Shown here: positions 36,963 to 46,139 of the stretch, piece after piece
Numbering within the stretch: the first letter of the stretch is position 1
How the letters are laid out: each line of letters opens with the position of its first letter
NCBI GenBank assembly: GCA_022653075.1
Contig: JALCSB010000001.1
Location: 128,327-192,326 of the forward strand
DNA from: Intestinimonas sp.
Lineage (GTDB): Bacteria; Bacillota; Clostridia; Oscillospirales; Oscillospiraceae
Direction of reading: 5' to 3'
Length of the DNA stretch: 64,000 bases
Made by a program: the position numbers and the translations under genes
The notes under the pieces: model-generated
Databases searched by the model: none
What the model was told of the DNA's origin: nothing
The model's input: only the letters and a program-made list of their open reading frames with translations

Positions 36963-37865
36963 ATGTTCATATGGGACTTTGTCGCCGACACGGTCCTCGG
37001 TCAGATTGTGGAATGGATCTACAGCCAGATTGTGGGCTTTCTCGGCGATTTCTTTATGCAGATGGGCGACATGGGAGCCGATCTGTTCGAACTGCCGTGG
37101 GTGCAGTCCATCGTGCTGTTTTTCTCCTATCTCGCGTGGGCGCTGTACGGCGTCGGCCTTGTGGTGGCCTGCTTTGAGTGCGCCATCGAATATCAGTCCG
37201 GCAGGGGCAGCATCCGGGACACGGCGCTCAACGCCATCAAGGGCTTTATGGCCGTGGGCCTGTTCACGACAGTGCCGGTGGAGCTGTACAAACTGTCCGT
37301 GTCCCTGCAGGGAAGTTTTACGGCTGGCATTACCGGGCTTGGCACCGATTTCGGGACGGTTGCCGCCAATATCATTGACACGCTGAAAAACGCGGGCGAC
37401 GTGAATCAGGCCATGAGCAGCAATGTGTTCGGCGGGCTTACCGTCATCACGAGTCCGATTATGATGATATTTATTCTGATCCTCATGGGCTATGCGGTGA
37501 TTAAAGTGTTCTTTGCCAACCTGAAACGCGGCGGCATCCTGCTCATCCAGATTGCCGTGGGGAGCCTTTACATATTCTCTGTTCCGAGGGGTTACATCGA
37601 CGGTTTCGTGGGCTGGTGCAAGCAGGTCATCGGACTGTGCCTGACGGCCTTTTTGCAATCAACCATCCTCATCGCGGGCCTTATGGTGGTCAAAGATCAC
37701 GCCCTGCTCGGCCTGGGACTGATGCTGGCGGCGGGCGAAATTCCCCGGATCGCAGGACAGTTTGGGCTGGACACCAGCACCAAGTCAAACCTCATGGGAA
37801 CCGTTTATGCGGCTCAGACCGCCGTGAACATGACGCGCACCATTGTACAGGCGGTGGCGAAATGA
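36963..37865 (+). CDS. VirB6/TrbL-like T4SS channel protein (CD1112-type)
   Basis: Polytopic membrane protein of typical size, positioned before PrgI and VirB4. Confidence 0.65.
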   Translation: MFIWDFVADTVLGQIVEWIYSQIVGFLGDFFMQMGDMGADLFELPWVQSIVLFFSYLAWALYGVGLVVACFECAIEYQSGRGSIRDTALNAIKGFMAVGLFTTVPVELYKLSVSLQGSFTAGITGLGTDFGTVAANIIDTLKNAGDVNQAMSSNVFGGLTVITSPIMMIFILILMGYAVIKVFFANLKRGGILLIQIAVGSLYIFSVPRGYIDGFVGWCKQVIGLCLTAFLQSTILIAGLMVVKDHALLGLGLMLAAGEIPRIAGQFGLDTSTKSNLMGTVYAAQTAVNMTRTIVQAVAK

Positions 37866-38425
37866 GTGAAAACAAGCTGGTCTATATCTGTTCGCCATAC
37901 GCCGGTGACGTGGCGAACAATGTCAAATTTGCAAAGGCGGCCTGCCGGTATGCGATTCGGAAAAATTGTACGCCGGTGGCTGTTCACCTGTTATATCCAC
38001 AGATTCTGGATGATGCTGTCCCTGCTGAGAGGGAAACCAGCATCCGGATGGGGCTTCGGATCTTAGAGGCCGCCGACGAGCTGTGGTTGTGCTCCAGCCG
38101 AATCTCCGAGGGTATGCGCACGGAGCTTGCCGCTGCCAAGCGGCTCGGAATCCCTGTAAAAGAAATACCGGAATTAGAAATTAAGGGGGGACTATCTATG
38201 AATCAATATGGCGTATGGGCGGTTCGCAGCGCAAATTCTGTGTGCGGCGCGGCGCAAAGTTGGTGCAAGCACAATGGCGAGCCAATCAAATTTGATACCT
38301 ATGAGCAGGCGGCGGCACACGCGAAAATGTTAAACGATAACGCCTACAGTCCGAATGTTTATTATTACCCGAAAGAGATCGAACCGGAGCTGCGGCAATA
38401 CCCCGGCATGAGCCTGAAATTCTGA
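37862..38425 (+). CDS. DUF4406 (nucleoside 2-deoxyribosyltransferase-like) domain protein with C-terminal extension
   Basis: KLVYICSPYAGDVANNV...AVHLLYPQ...ADELWLC matches the DUF4406 pattern. The start overlaps the upstream stop. Confidence 0.55.
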   Translation: MSENKLVYICSPYAGDVANNVKFAKAACRYAIRKNCTPVAVHLLYPQILDDAVPAERETSIRMGLRILEAADELWLCSSRISEGMRTELAAAKRLGIPVKEIPELEIKGGLSMNQYGVWAVRSANSVCGAAQSWCKHNGEPIKFDTYEQAAAHAKMLNDNAYSPNVYYYPKEIEPELRQYPGMSLKF

Positions 38426-38438
38426 AGGAGGCCGAAAC

Positions 38439-38696
38439 ATGTATATTTATCCTGATAACCTGAAGGCGAAGGCTACTCTGTGGCTGTGGCAGCTTCGGGA
38501 TATCGGCGTGATCGGCGTGGGAGCACTGCTTTCCATTCTCGCCCTGACGCAGATAAGGTTTATACCGCCCATCGTCCTGACCGCCGTATACGCCTTCCTG
38601 ACCATCCGTTTTGAGGACACAAGCATTCTGGATTTTCTCCGGTATGCTTGTGCCTTTTTTATCGGCAAGCAGCAAATCTATGAATGGGCAGACTGA
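38439..38696 (+). CDS. PrgI-family (VirB3-like) T4SS protein
   Basis: 85 aa with two hydrophobic helices, immediately upstream of the VirB4 region. Confidence 0.65.
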   Translation: MYIYPDNLKAKATLWLWQLRDIGVIGVGALLSILALTQIRFIPPIVLTAVYAFLTIRFEDTSILDFLRYACAFFIGKQQIYEWAD

Positions 38697-38778
38697 GTCT
38701 GCAAGCTAATCGCTCAATCATTTATTGCGGAAGTCGCGGCGCGATCCCCGCGCCCCGGATTTCGCGGAAAGGAGAACT

Positions 38779-39366
38779 ATGAGCAGAAAGAAAAAAGAGG
38801 CCAAGCGGAAAGCCTCCACAAGGCAGCTCATGAACACCAAGACAATCACTGACTACAGCCTGCAGACCTATGGTCACGGGGAACTGGTGTATTTTCAGAT
38901 CAAGCCGAGCAACATTTCCGTTTTGTCGGAGGAAAGCATCAGCGCCCGGATCTACGCCCTGATGACCGTGCTGAAAGGAATCGCCGAAATTGAGATGCTG
39001 TGCCTCAACAGCCGTGAAAATTTTGAGGACAACAAGCACTTTCTTTGCAGCCGGATGGAGCAGGAGCAGAATCCCGTGATGCGGAAACTGCTGGAAAAGG
39101 ACCTGTCCTTCCTTGACCGGATACAGGTGCAGATGGCCACAGCCCGTGAGTTCCTCATCATCATCCGTCTGCGCGACGAGAAGCAAAGCGAAGTATTCCC
39201 CTATCTGTCCCGGATCGAAAAATCCCTCAAGGAACAGGGTTTCATCGCCAGCCGCGCCGGGAATGAGGACATCAAGCGGCTGCTGGCCGTTTATTTTGAG
39301 CAGAACATGACCACGGAAAAGTTTGAGGATTTCGACGGGGAAAGATGGGTGATTCTGAATGAATAA
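38779..39366 (+). CDS. VirB4 N-terminal-domain-like protein (possible detached 5' part of virB4)
   Basis: AAAGGAGAA RBS. A Lys-rich leader is followed by ELVYFQIKPSNISVLSEESI..., the pattern seen at the N-terminus of Gram-positive VirB4 ATPases. Combined length with the next VirB4 ORF is about 800 aa. Confidence 0.5.
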   Translation: MSRKKKEAKRKASTRQLMNTKTITDYSLQTYGHGELVYFQIKPSNISVLSEESISARIYALMTVLKGIAEIEMLCLNSRENFEDNKHFLCSRMEQEQNPVMRKLLEKDLSFLDRIQVQMATAREFLIIIRLRDEKQSEVFPYLSRIEKSLKEQGFIASRAGNEDIKRLLAVYFEQNMTTEKFEDFDGERWVILNE

Positions 39367-39380
39367 GAATGGGCCTATGC

Positions 39381-39423
39381 AAAATCAGAAGCCGAGAGCT
39401 ATTATTCTCGGCTTCCGATTTTG
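39381..39423. terminator. bidirectional terminator hairpin
   Basis: Stem GAAGCCGAGA / TCTCGGCTTC flanked by AAAATCA and CGATTTT. Confidence 0.7.
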
Positions 39424-39436
39424 CTCATAATATAAA

Positions 39437-40243
39437 TTACTTATTATTAGGTAACTCAAATTCTGCAAACAAAATTGCATGGTCGGGAAGTCCTATTAAA
39501 TCAGATTTATAATCTTCTGGCTTTCTATTTCCGTAGCCATTGCCGTTTGTCACAAAACTCCAATCATACACTATGCTATCGCTATGCATTTCAATACCTA
39601 TTGTTACGATATGATCAATTAAAGCTTTACCAACTACATCAGTTTTAGGATTTCTAATCACCGCACTCCAAGTGTCAAGAGTGTTAAAATCGCCGAACTC
39701 CATCGCATACTTTGGGGTAAAAATATTATCTGAAATTATACCCAACTTTTTTGAAAGGGGTTTTTTCCATACATTAAAATCACCTGCACAAAGTACATTT
39801 GTGTTCTTTAATGACTTTAAGTGATCTTTTAAGAATTCAAATTGAGATGCTATCTGTTCTTTAGTTCCTTGGGTCTTAATTCTCACACCCATAATAGCTA
39901 AAGATGTACTATCCAATTTTGCTTCAATTTGTAAAGATTCTGGTTTTTCTTTTTCCAAGGGATTCTCTGTTAGGACTCTTTTAATTGAAAATCCTGTTTC
40001 TTTTTTCAAAGCAATCATAACCTGATTTCTTTCACTTATATATGGTGAAAGAAATAAATTATAAGTCTTTTCCAATGTCTTTTTTAAATAATCCCATTGT
40101 TTCCCAGCTACAAACTCTACAATAATAGCAATATCTACCTTTTGGTATAAAATTGTATCTGCAACAAAATTGGGTATGGCATAATTTCCATAGCCACCGG
40201 CACCATGAATATTCCATTCCATGATTTTAATTGTTTGAGACAT
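39437..40243 (-). CDS. endonuclease/exonuclease/phosphatase (EEP) family protein, AT-rich cargo
   Basis: IMEWNIHG (N-terminal metal-binding Asn/His context), CAGDFNV, and a C-terminal IDHI...LPDHAIL (SDH-like motif). Opposite strand and AT-rich. Confidence 0.8.
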   Translation of the reverse strand: MSQTIKIMEWNIHGAGGYGNYAIPNFVADTILYQKVDIAIIVEFVAGKQWDYLKKTLEKTYNLFLSPYISERNQVMIALKKETGFSIKRVLTENPLEKEKPESLQIEAKLDSTSLAIMGVRIKTQGTKEQIASQFEFLKDHLKSLKNTNVLCAGDFNVWKKPLSKKLGIISDNIFTPKYAMEFGDFNTLDTWSAVIRNPKTDVVGKALIDHIVTIGIEMHSDSIVYDWSFVTNGNGYGNRKPEDYKSDLIGLPDHAILFAEFELPNNK

Positions 40244-40405
40244 ATTTATATTCCTCTTTAATTCAAAAAGTTTGTAATCAACATATTATATTGCGAATTT
40301 ATATACAACCATTATACCATGTTTTTCCTCAGATTTGTCCAAAGCCGTCACAGAAATGTGGCGGCTTTTCTATGTTCAGAAAAAATCAGAAAGGAAGCAT
40401 GCCTC

Positions 40406-42247
40406 ATGGCAAAACAGCCGAAAACCAAAGCTCCTCCGCAGGAGGATGTACATGTACAGGATTTTCTGGAAATGATCGCGCCTTCCATCATCAAATTTAA
40501 TACCGACCATTTCATCTGCGGCAACACGTATCGCTGCGTCTGGGCGCTTCGGGAGTACCCGACCTCCACTGACGAGCAGGCGATCCTGCGGCACCTCGGT
40601 GAAAAGGACGGCATCACACTGCGAATCTATACCCGCCACGTTACGCCGGTGGAAGAAAAAAAGATCATCAGCAATGCTGCCAATAAAAACCGAATGAGCA
40701 AAAGCAATACCAACGATCTGCAGCAGACTGTGCTGGCCGAAAGCAATTTGCAGGACGTGGCGACCATCGTGGCGCAGATGCACCGGAACCGGGAACCGCT
40801 GCTCCATGCCGCCGTTTACATCGAGCTGTCCGCTCATGATATGGATCAGCTTAAACTATTACAGACCGAGGTTCTGACGGAGCTGATCCGCAGTAAGCTC
40901 AATGTCGACCGGCTGATGCTCCTCCAGCAGCAGGGATTTCTCTGCGTCATGCCGAGCGGCTGGAACGTGTTCGGCGACCAGTTTGAACGCGTTCTCCCCG
41001 CGTCTTCGGTTGCCAATCTCTATCCCTTCAACTACTCCGGTAAGACCGATCCCCACGGATTTTACATTGGGCGGGACAAATTCGGCAGCAACGTGCTGGT
41101 GGATTTCAACCGTAGGGCCGATGACAAGACCAACGCCAACATTCTCATCCTCGGCAATTCCGGTCAGGGAAAGAGCTATCTTCTTAAGCTCATCCTGTGC
41201 AATCTGAGGGAATCCGGCATGAATGTAATCTGCCTAGATCCCGAAATGGAGTACGAGGATTTAACCAACAATCTCGGCGGCTGCTTCATTGATTTAATGT
41301 CAGGGGAACATATCATCAATGTTCTGGAACCGAAAACATGGGACGAGCAGGATTGCGCGGATGCCCGCGAGGACGGCGAGTATGTGCCGGAAGCCTTCCG
41401 GAAAACAAGCAAGCTCAGTCAGCACATCAGCTTTCTCAAGGATTTTTTCCGGACATACAAGGATTTTACCGACCGGCAGATCGACGTGATCGAAATCATG
41501 CTCCAGAAGCTCTATGAGAAATGGGGCATCACCGATCACAGCAACTTCGACCGGCTGAAGCCTGCGGATTATCCGATTCTGTCCGACCTTTACGCGCTGA
41601 TTGAGGACGAGTACAAAAATTATGATACGGTCAGCCGCCAGCTCTATAACGCCGAGCTGCTGCAGGAAATCCTTCTTGGCCTCCACTCCCTATGCAAAGG
41701 GTCGGAGGCCAAATTCTTTGACGGACATACCAATATCACGGACGGCAGCTTCATCACCTTTGGGGTGAAAGGCTTGCTGCAAGCCAGCAAAAGCATCCGG
41801 AACGTTATGCTGTTCAATGTGCTGTCCTACATGAGTAACGAGCTTCTGACTACCGGGAACACCGCCGCCAGCATCGATGAATTTTATTTGTTCCTGACCA
41901 ATCTCACCGCCGTGGAGTATGTCCGCAACTTTATGAAACGTGTCCGCAAAAAGGACAGCGCCGTGATCCTTGCCAGCCAGAACCTTGAGGACTTCAACAT
42001 CGAGGGTATCCGGGAGTACACCAAGCCTCTGTTTTCCATTCCAACCCATCAGTTTCTGTTTAACGCCGGGAATATCGACGCGAAGTTTTACATCGATACG
42101 CTTCAGCTTGAACAGAGCGAATACAATCTGATCCGCTACCCGCAGCGAGGCATATGCCTTTATAAATGCGGAAATGAGCGGTACAACCTGATGGTGAACG
42201 CGCCGGAGCATAAGGCGGCTCTGTTTGGAAAGGCGGGCGGGCGCTGA
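40406..42247 (+). CDS. virB4: VirB4-family conjugal transfer ATPase (lacking the usual N-terminal ~190 aa)
   Basis: DFLEMIAPSIIKF...REYP, Walker A GNSGQGKSYLLK, Walker B IDEFYLF and the COG3451 pattern. Confidence 0.85.
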   Translation: MAKQPKTKAPPQEDVHVQDFLEMIAPSIIKFNTDHFICGNTYRCVWALREYPTSTDEQAILRHLGEKDGITLRIYTRHVTPVEEKKIISNAANKNRMSKSNTNDLQQTVLAESNLQDVATIVAQMHRNREPLLHAAVYIELSAHDMDQLKLLQTEVLTELIRSKLNVDRLMLLQQQGFLCVMPSGWNVFGDQFERVLPASSVANLYPFNYSGKTDPHGFYIGRDKFGSNVLVDFNRRADDKTNANILILGNSGQGKSYLLKLILCNLRESGMNVICLDPEMEYEDLTNNLGGCFIDLMSGEHIINVLEPKTWDEQDCADAREDGEYVPEAFRKTSKLSQHISFLKDFFRTYKDFTDRQIDVIEIMLQKLYEKWGITDHSNFDRLKPADYPILSDLYALIEDEYKNYDTVSRQLYNAELLQEILLGLHSLCKGSEAKFFDGHTNITDGSFITFGVKGLLQASKSIRNVMLFNVLSYMSNELLTTGNTAASIDEFYLFLTNLTAVEYVRNFMKRVRKKDSAVILASQNLEDFNIEGIREYTKPLFSIPTHQFLFNAGNIDAKFYIDTLQLEQSEYNLIRYPQRGICLYKCGNERYNLMVNAPEHKAALFGKAGGR

Positions 42248-42269
42248 TGGGAGGAAGTGAAGAAATTGT

Positions 42270-43304
42270 ATGGACATGAAGCAGCAGCGATTCGGCATTG
42301 AAATCGAGCTGACCGGAATCACCCGCAAGGCCGCCGCTGAGATTGCCGCCGAACATTTCGGTACCGCCGTCAATTTTGACGGCACCTACTACAATACCTA
42401 CAGCGCGCTGGACGATCAGGGACGCAAGTGGAATTTCATGAGCGATTCCAGTATTTCGGCGCAGAAAAAGTCCGGCGGGCAGGTCGTATCCGCCTCAGAT
42501 GAGTACAAAACCGAGATGGTCAGCCCGATCTGCCGGTGGGAGGACATCGAAACCGTACAGGAGCTGGTGCGCAAACTCCGTAAAGCGGGGGCCATCGCCA
42601 ACGAGAGCTGCGGTATCCATGTTCACGTGGACGCTTCTCCTTTTAACGCCAACACCCTTCGGAATATTACCAATATCATGGCCAGCAAAGAGGATCTGAT
42701 CTACAAGGCGCTGCAGGTCACCGTGGCAAGGCAGCATCGCTGGTGCAAGCCGGTGGATTCGCGTTTCTTGGAGGAACTGAACCGGAAAAAACCGAAAACG
42801 CTGAACGAGGTCAGCCGCATCTGGTACAACGGCGGCGACCGCAGCAATATCCACTACGATGAAAGCCGCTATCACTGCCTCAATCTGCACAGCGTATTCC
42901 AGAAAGGCACGGTGGAATTCCGCTTGTTCAACTCCACCACCCACGCCGGGAAAATCAAGGCGTATATCCAGTTCTGCCTTGCCATCTCCGCACAGGCGCT
43001 GAACCAGCGGTGTGCGAGCCGCCAGAAAACGCAGACCACCAACGAGAAATACACCTTCCGCACCTGGCTTCTGCGGCTCGGTTTGATTGGCGACGAATTC
43101 AAAACCGCCCGCACTCATCTTTTGGAGCATCTGGACGGCTGCATCGCGTGGCGCGATCCGGCGCAGGCAGAGAAACAGAAGGAACGGATGCGGCAGAAAA
43201 AAGAACAGGAGCAGACGCAATCCGTGCCCGCAGAAACAACCGAAAGCGGACAGGAACAGGCCGGGGATCAGAACGAATCCCCGGCCTTTGTCATGCGCAT
43301 GTAA
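42270..43304 (+). CDS. amidoligase family protein (Pfam Amidoligase_2, glutamine-synthetase-like fold)
   Basis: FGIEIELTG, TEMVSPIC, ESCGIHVHVD and GTVEFRLFNST match the Amidoligase_2 signature. Confidence 0.7.
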   Translation: MDMKQQRFGIEIELTGITRKAAAEIAAEHFGTAVNFDGTYYNTYSALDDQGRKWNFMSDSSISAQKKSGGQVVSASDEYKTEMVSPICRWEDIETVQELVRKLRKAGAIANESCGIHVHVDASPFNANTLRNITNIMASKEDLIYKALQVTVARQHRWCKPVDSRFLEELNRKKPKTLNEVSRIWYNGGDRSNIHYDESRYHCLNLHSVFQKGTVEFRLFNSTTHAGKIKAYIQFCLAISAQALNQRCASRQKTQTTNEKYTFRTWLLRLGLIGDEFKTARTHLLEHLDGCIAWRDPAQAEKQKERMRQKKEQEQTQSVPAETTESGQEQAGDQNESPAFVMRM

Positions 43305-43321
43305 GAAAAAGGAGGCTGATC

Positions 43322-43828
43322 ATGAGTACGAAAAACACATTGTATATCGCCTACGGCAGCAACCTGAATCTGCCGCAGATGGCGTTCCGCTGCCCGACTG
43401 CCAAGGTGGTCGGCGCAAGCGAAATCAAGGGATACGAGCTGCTGTTCCGGGGAGGCCGGAAAGGAGCCGTGGCAACTGTGGAACCTTTTGAGGGCGGCTC
43501 GGTGCCTGTGCTTTTGTGGAAGATCAGGTCCGGTGACGAGCAGGCCCTTGACCGTTACGAAGGGTATCCTCACTTTTACCGCAAAGAAATGATGGAGGTG
43601 GAGCTGAAAGGAAAAGCTGTTCCGGGCATGGTTTATGTGATGAACGGAGGCCATGAGCTTGGCGCTCCCTCCGATTTTTACCTCAATACCATAATGGAAG
43701 GATATAAAACTGCCGGGTTTGATACGGATTTCCTCGATCAGGCTGTGGAGAAATCTGTCCGGTTGGCAGCAGAACAGCAGGAAGCGGAATCAATGCAGGG
43801 CAGTTTGTTCGGCCCGAAATGGTGGTGA
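43322..43828 (+). CDS. gamma-glutamylcyclotransferase (AIG2/GGACT-like) family protein
   Basis: LYIAYGSNLNLPQM (YGSNL motif), LDRYEGYPHFYRK. Confidence 0.75.
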   Translation: MSTKNTLYIAYGSNLNLPQMAFRCPTAKVVGASEIKGYELLFRGGRKGAVATVEPFEGGSVPVLLWKIRSGDEQALDRYEGYPHFYRKEMMEVELKGKAVPGMVYVMNGGHELGAPSDFYLNTIMEGYKTAGFDTDFLDQAVEKSVRLAAEQQEAESMQGSLFGPKWW

Positions 43829-43834
43829 TGCCCC

Positions 43835-44932
43835 ATGGCTGATCCGGCAACCATAGCCCTCGCGGTCAAAGCCGCCATTGCCGCCGCTTCGGACAAGCGG
43901 ACGTGGAAAGCCGCCGGTGTGCTGATTGCCGTCGTTCTGACTCCCTTCATTTTAATCATTGTAATGATTATGAGCCTGTTGTCCGGAACGGCGCAGCACA
44001 ACGACTCCGCTGTGGATCTGGTTTTCAACGGCGGCTCCATCTCGGCACAGGTACCCGCTGAGTACCGGCAGTACATCGAAGATATGCGGGACAGCTTCTC
44101 CGCTTTAGACGGCGCTGTGTCGGAGATCACACCTCAGATTGAAAGCGGCAGTATCGACACTACCCGAGTGAAATCCATTTTTTATTCTCTGTATTTCGGC
44201 GCTGAAAATCTTCGAATGGACAAAAATGGCTACCGAAAATTTGCCGACACTTTCATCCGGTACAAAAAGCGCACACGCACCGTCACCGACAAGGATGGCA
44301 AGCAAATGGAAGAAACCTACACTGTGGCGGTTCCGATTTCCGACCTGAATGAAATTTACGCCAACCTTGAAAGCGCGCTTGGCAGAACGATCACCAACGA
44401 AAACAAAGTCAACGCCGCTCAGATTTACAGCCGTGTGATCTATGGACACAGCCTGCAGGAAAATGAAAACTTCGGTGAAGATGAATGGAAAAAAGGCGTC
44501 GGAACAGATGACGTGTATACAGGCGGCGGCTATTTTGCCAGTCCTATCGGGGCGAACTGGCGCAGTTTGGTCACCTCGGAATTCGGGTGGAGGCCAAATC
44601 CTTTCGGCGGCAACGGCGGCGAAGGCCACTCCGGTCTTGACCTCGGTGCACCCAAAGGTACGCCCATCCATGCTGCCCGTGACGGTGTTGTGAGCAGCGT
44701 GGTGGACTCCGGCAGCAGTGGCTACGGCTATCATTTGGTCATCGATCACGGCGACGGGATGGTCACTCTTTACGGTCACTGCTCTAAGGTTTATGTCCGT
44801 TCCGGCCAGACTGTAAAGCAGGGCGACGTCATCGCAGCGGTGGGCAGCACCGGCAGAAGCACCGGAAACCATCTGCATTTTGAAATCCGCGTAAACGGAA
44901 AGGCGGTTAATCCGAGAAATTATTTACCTTAA
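43835..44932 (+). CDS. membrane-anchored M23 family metallopeptidase (T4SS peptidoglycan hydrolase)
   Basis: TM anchor, then the HSGLDLGAP...GTPIHA...GSTGRSTGNHLHFEI (HxxxD ... HxH) LytM signature. Confidence 0.85.
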   Translation: MADPATIALAVKAAIAAASDKRTWKAAGVLIAVVLTPFILIIVMIMSLLSGTAQHNDSAVDLVFNGGSISAQVPAEYRQYIEDMRDSFSALDGAVSEITPQIESGSIDTTRVKSIFYSLYFGAENLRMDKNGYRKFADTFIRYKKRTRTVTDKDGKQMEETYTVAVPISDLNEIYANLESALGRTITNENKVNAAQIYSRVIYGHSLQENENFGEDEWKKGVGTDDVYTGGGYFASPIGANWRSLVTSEFGWRPNPFGGNGGEGHSGLDLGAPKGTPIHAARDGVVSSVVDSGSSGYGYHLVIDHGDGMVTLYGHCSKVYVRSGQTVKQGDVIAAVGSTGRSTGNHLHFEIRVNGKAVNPRNYLP

Positions 44933-44944
44933 GGGGGACGAATC

Positions 44945-45868
44945 ATGTTAAAGACCAAAGCTGTTTTTGAAAGAAAGCTGGATTGCTTCCAACCGCAGGA
45001 CTGTGTGATCGAGGCAATCGAAGAACTGTCGGCAGCGGAATTCAAAGACTTTTGTGAAAATATGCTGGCCGACAGAAACTTTATTGCCGACCGTATCGGC
45101 GATATGTATTTGGATGGAAACGGAGTGCAGCACGGGCTGCTGGTACTCGGTGAAGGCTCGGATGATGCTGTTCTGGTGGACAGCTCCGGCTATTCCTACG
45201 GCAGATATACCGCTTTCCTTCCAAACTTTAAGCCATATGTGAACCATCAGATTTCGCTGCTGGCTGATGAGATCATCCGGGACGGAACTCAAAAAACCGA
45301 AAACGGCAATTGGGAAATTTCCTTTGATGAGATCGAGGAACGGTACGGTGTTCACGTTACACCGAACAACGGCATCGGTACCATGCTGCTGAATGCGTTG
45401 TCCGCCAGTGATGAGGTAGCGGAAATTGAACCGATGGAGGACAACTTTGACATCACCTATTATCTTGATTACTGCCCCAAGTGCGACGGACAGCAGGAAA
45501 AAGGCTCCAAAAAAATAACAGAGCAAATTGCCCCGGCTGCCAAGCTCCGTGATATGCTTCACACCAAATGGGAGGACATCCATCTCATCCACCACGAGAT
45601 TGAAAACGAGCCATCCACCATTGTGGAGCTAGATGAATCTACGCTGACCGAAGCCGGAAAGGAAGCGTGGGCTGATGTTCTGAATGCAGATGTCTTGCGT
45701 GTCTATACCGGCTATTACGGTTTGCAGATGGAGCTTGCCGGTGTGAAGGCCAGCCGACTGGATGCGTTTTCTTCCATGCTGGCTGGCTACTGCTCGGTTC
45801 AGAACTATGAAAAATGGGTAAACGAATCAGGGGATCAGTCGTCGCAGACCCCGGAAATGAAATTATGA
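44945..45868 (+). CDS. hypothetical ICE protein
   Basis: Acidic cytoplasmic protein with no recognised motif. Confidence 0.5.
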   Translation: MLKTKAVFERKLDCFQPQDCVIEAIEELSAAEFKDFCENMLADRNFIADRIGDMYLDGNGVQHGLLVLGEGSDDAVLVDSSGYSYGRYTAFLPNFKPYVNHQISLLADEIIRDGTQKTENGNWEISFDEIEERYGVHVTPNNGIGTMLLNALSASDEVAEIEPMEDNFDITYYLDYCPKCDGQQEKGSKKITEQIAPAAKLRDMLHTKWEDIHLIHHEIENEPSTIVELDESTLTEAGKEAWADVLNADVLRVYTGYYGLQMELAGVKASRLDAFSSMLAGYCSVQNYEKWVNESGDQSSQTPEMKL

Positions 45869-45869
45869 A

Positions 45870-46139
45870 ATGGAGGAAACCAACATGAAAAACACAAATT
45901 TAACCGTTTCTTTCGACACAGAAAAACTGGACGCCCTGACCTATCACATGGGCAAAAAGGACGCGGATCTGCAGACGGAACTGCAGTATACCGTTCAGAA
46001 GCTCTATGAAAAATATGTCCCGCAGGCTACCCGCGAATACATCGACGACAAGCTCTCCCGCGAAACCGCAGAGAAACCGAAGCCCAAACGCCCTGTACGC
46101 CCTGTGGTATCGAACGGTTCTGCAGACAGCCTGACATAA
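45870..46139 (+). CDS. small hypothetical ICE protein
   Basis: 89 aa with a Pro/Lys-rich tail. The start may be the ATG at 45885. Confidence 0.45.
   Translation: MEETNMKNTNLTVSFDTEKLDALTYHMGKKDADLQTELQYTVQKLYEKYVPQATREYIDDKLSRETAEKPKPKRPVRPVVSNGSADSLT

Noticed and set aside
41690-43220. ORFs 41690..42385 (-) and 42495..43220 (-)
   Set aside because: They are antisense to the virB4 and amidoligase genes, both of which carry clear motifs.
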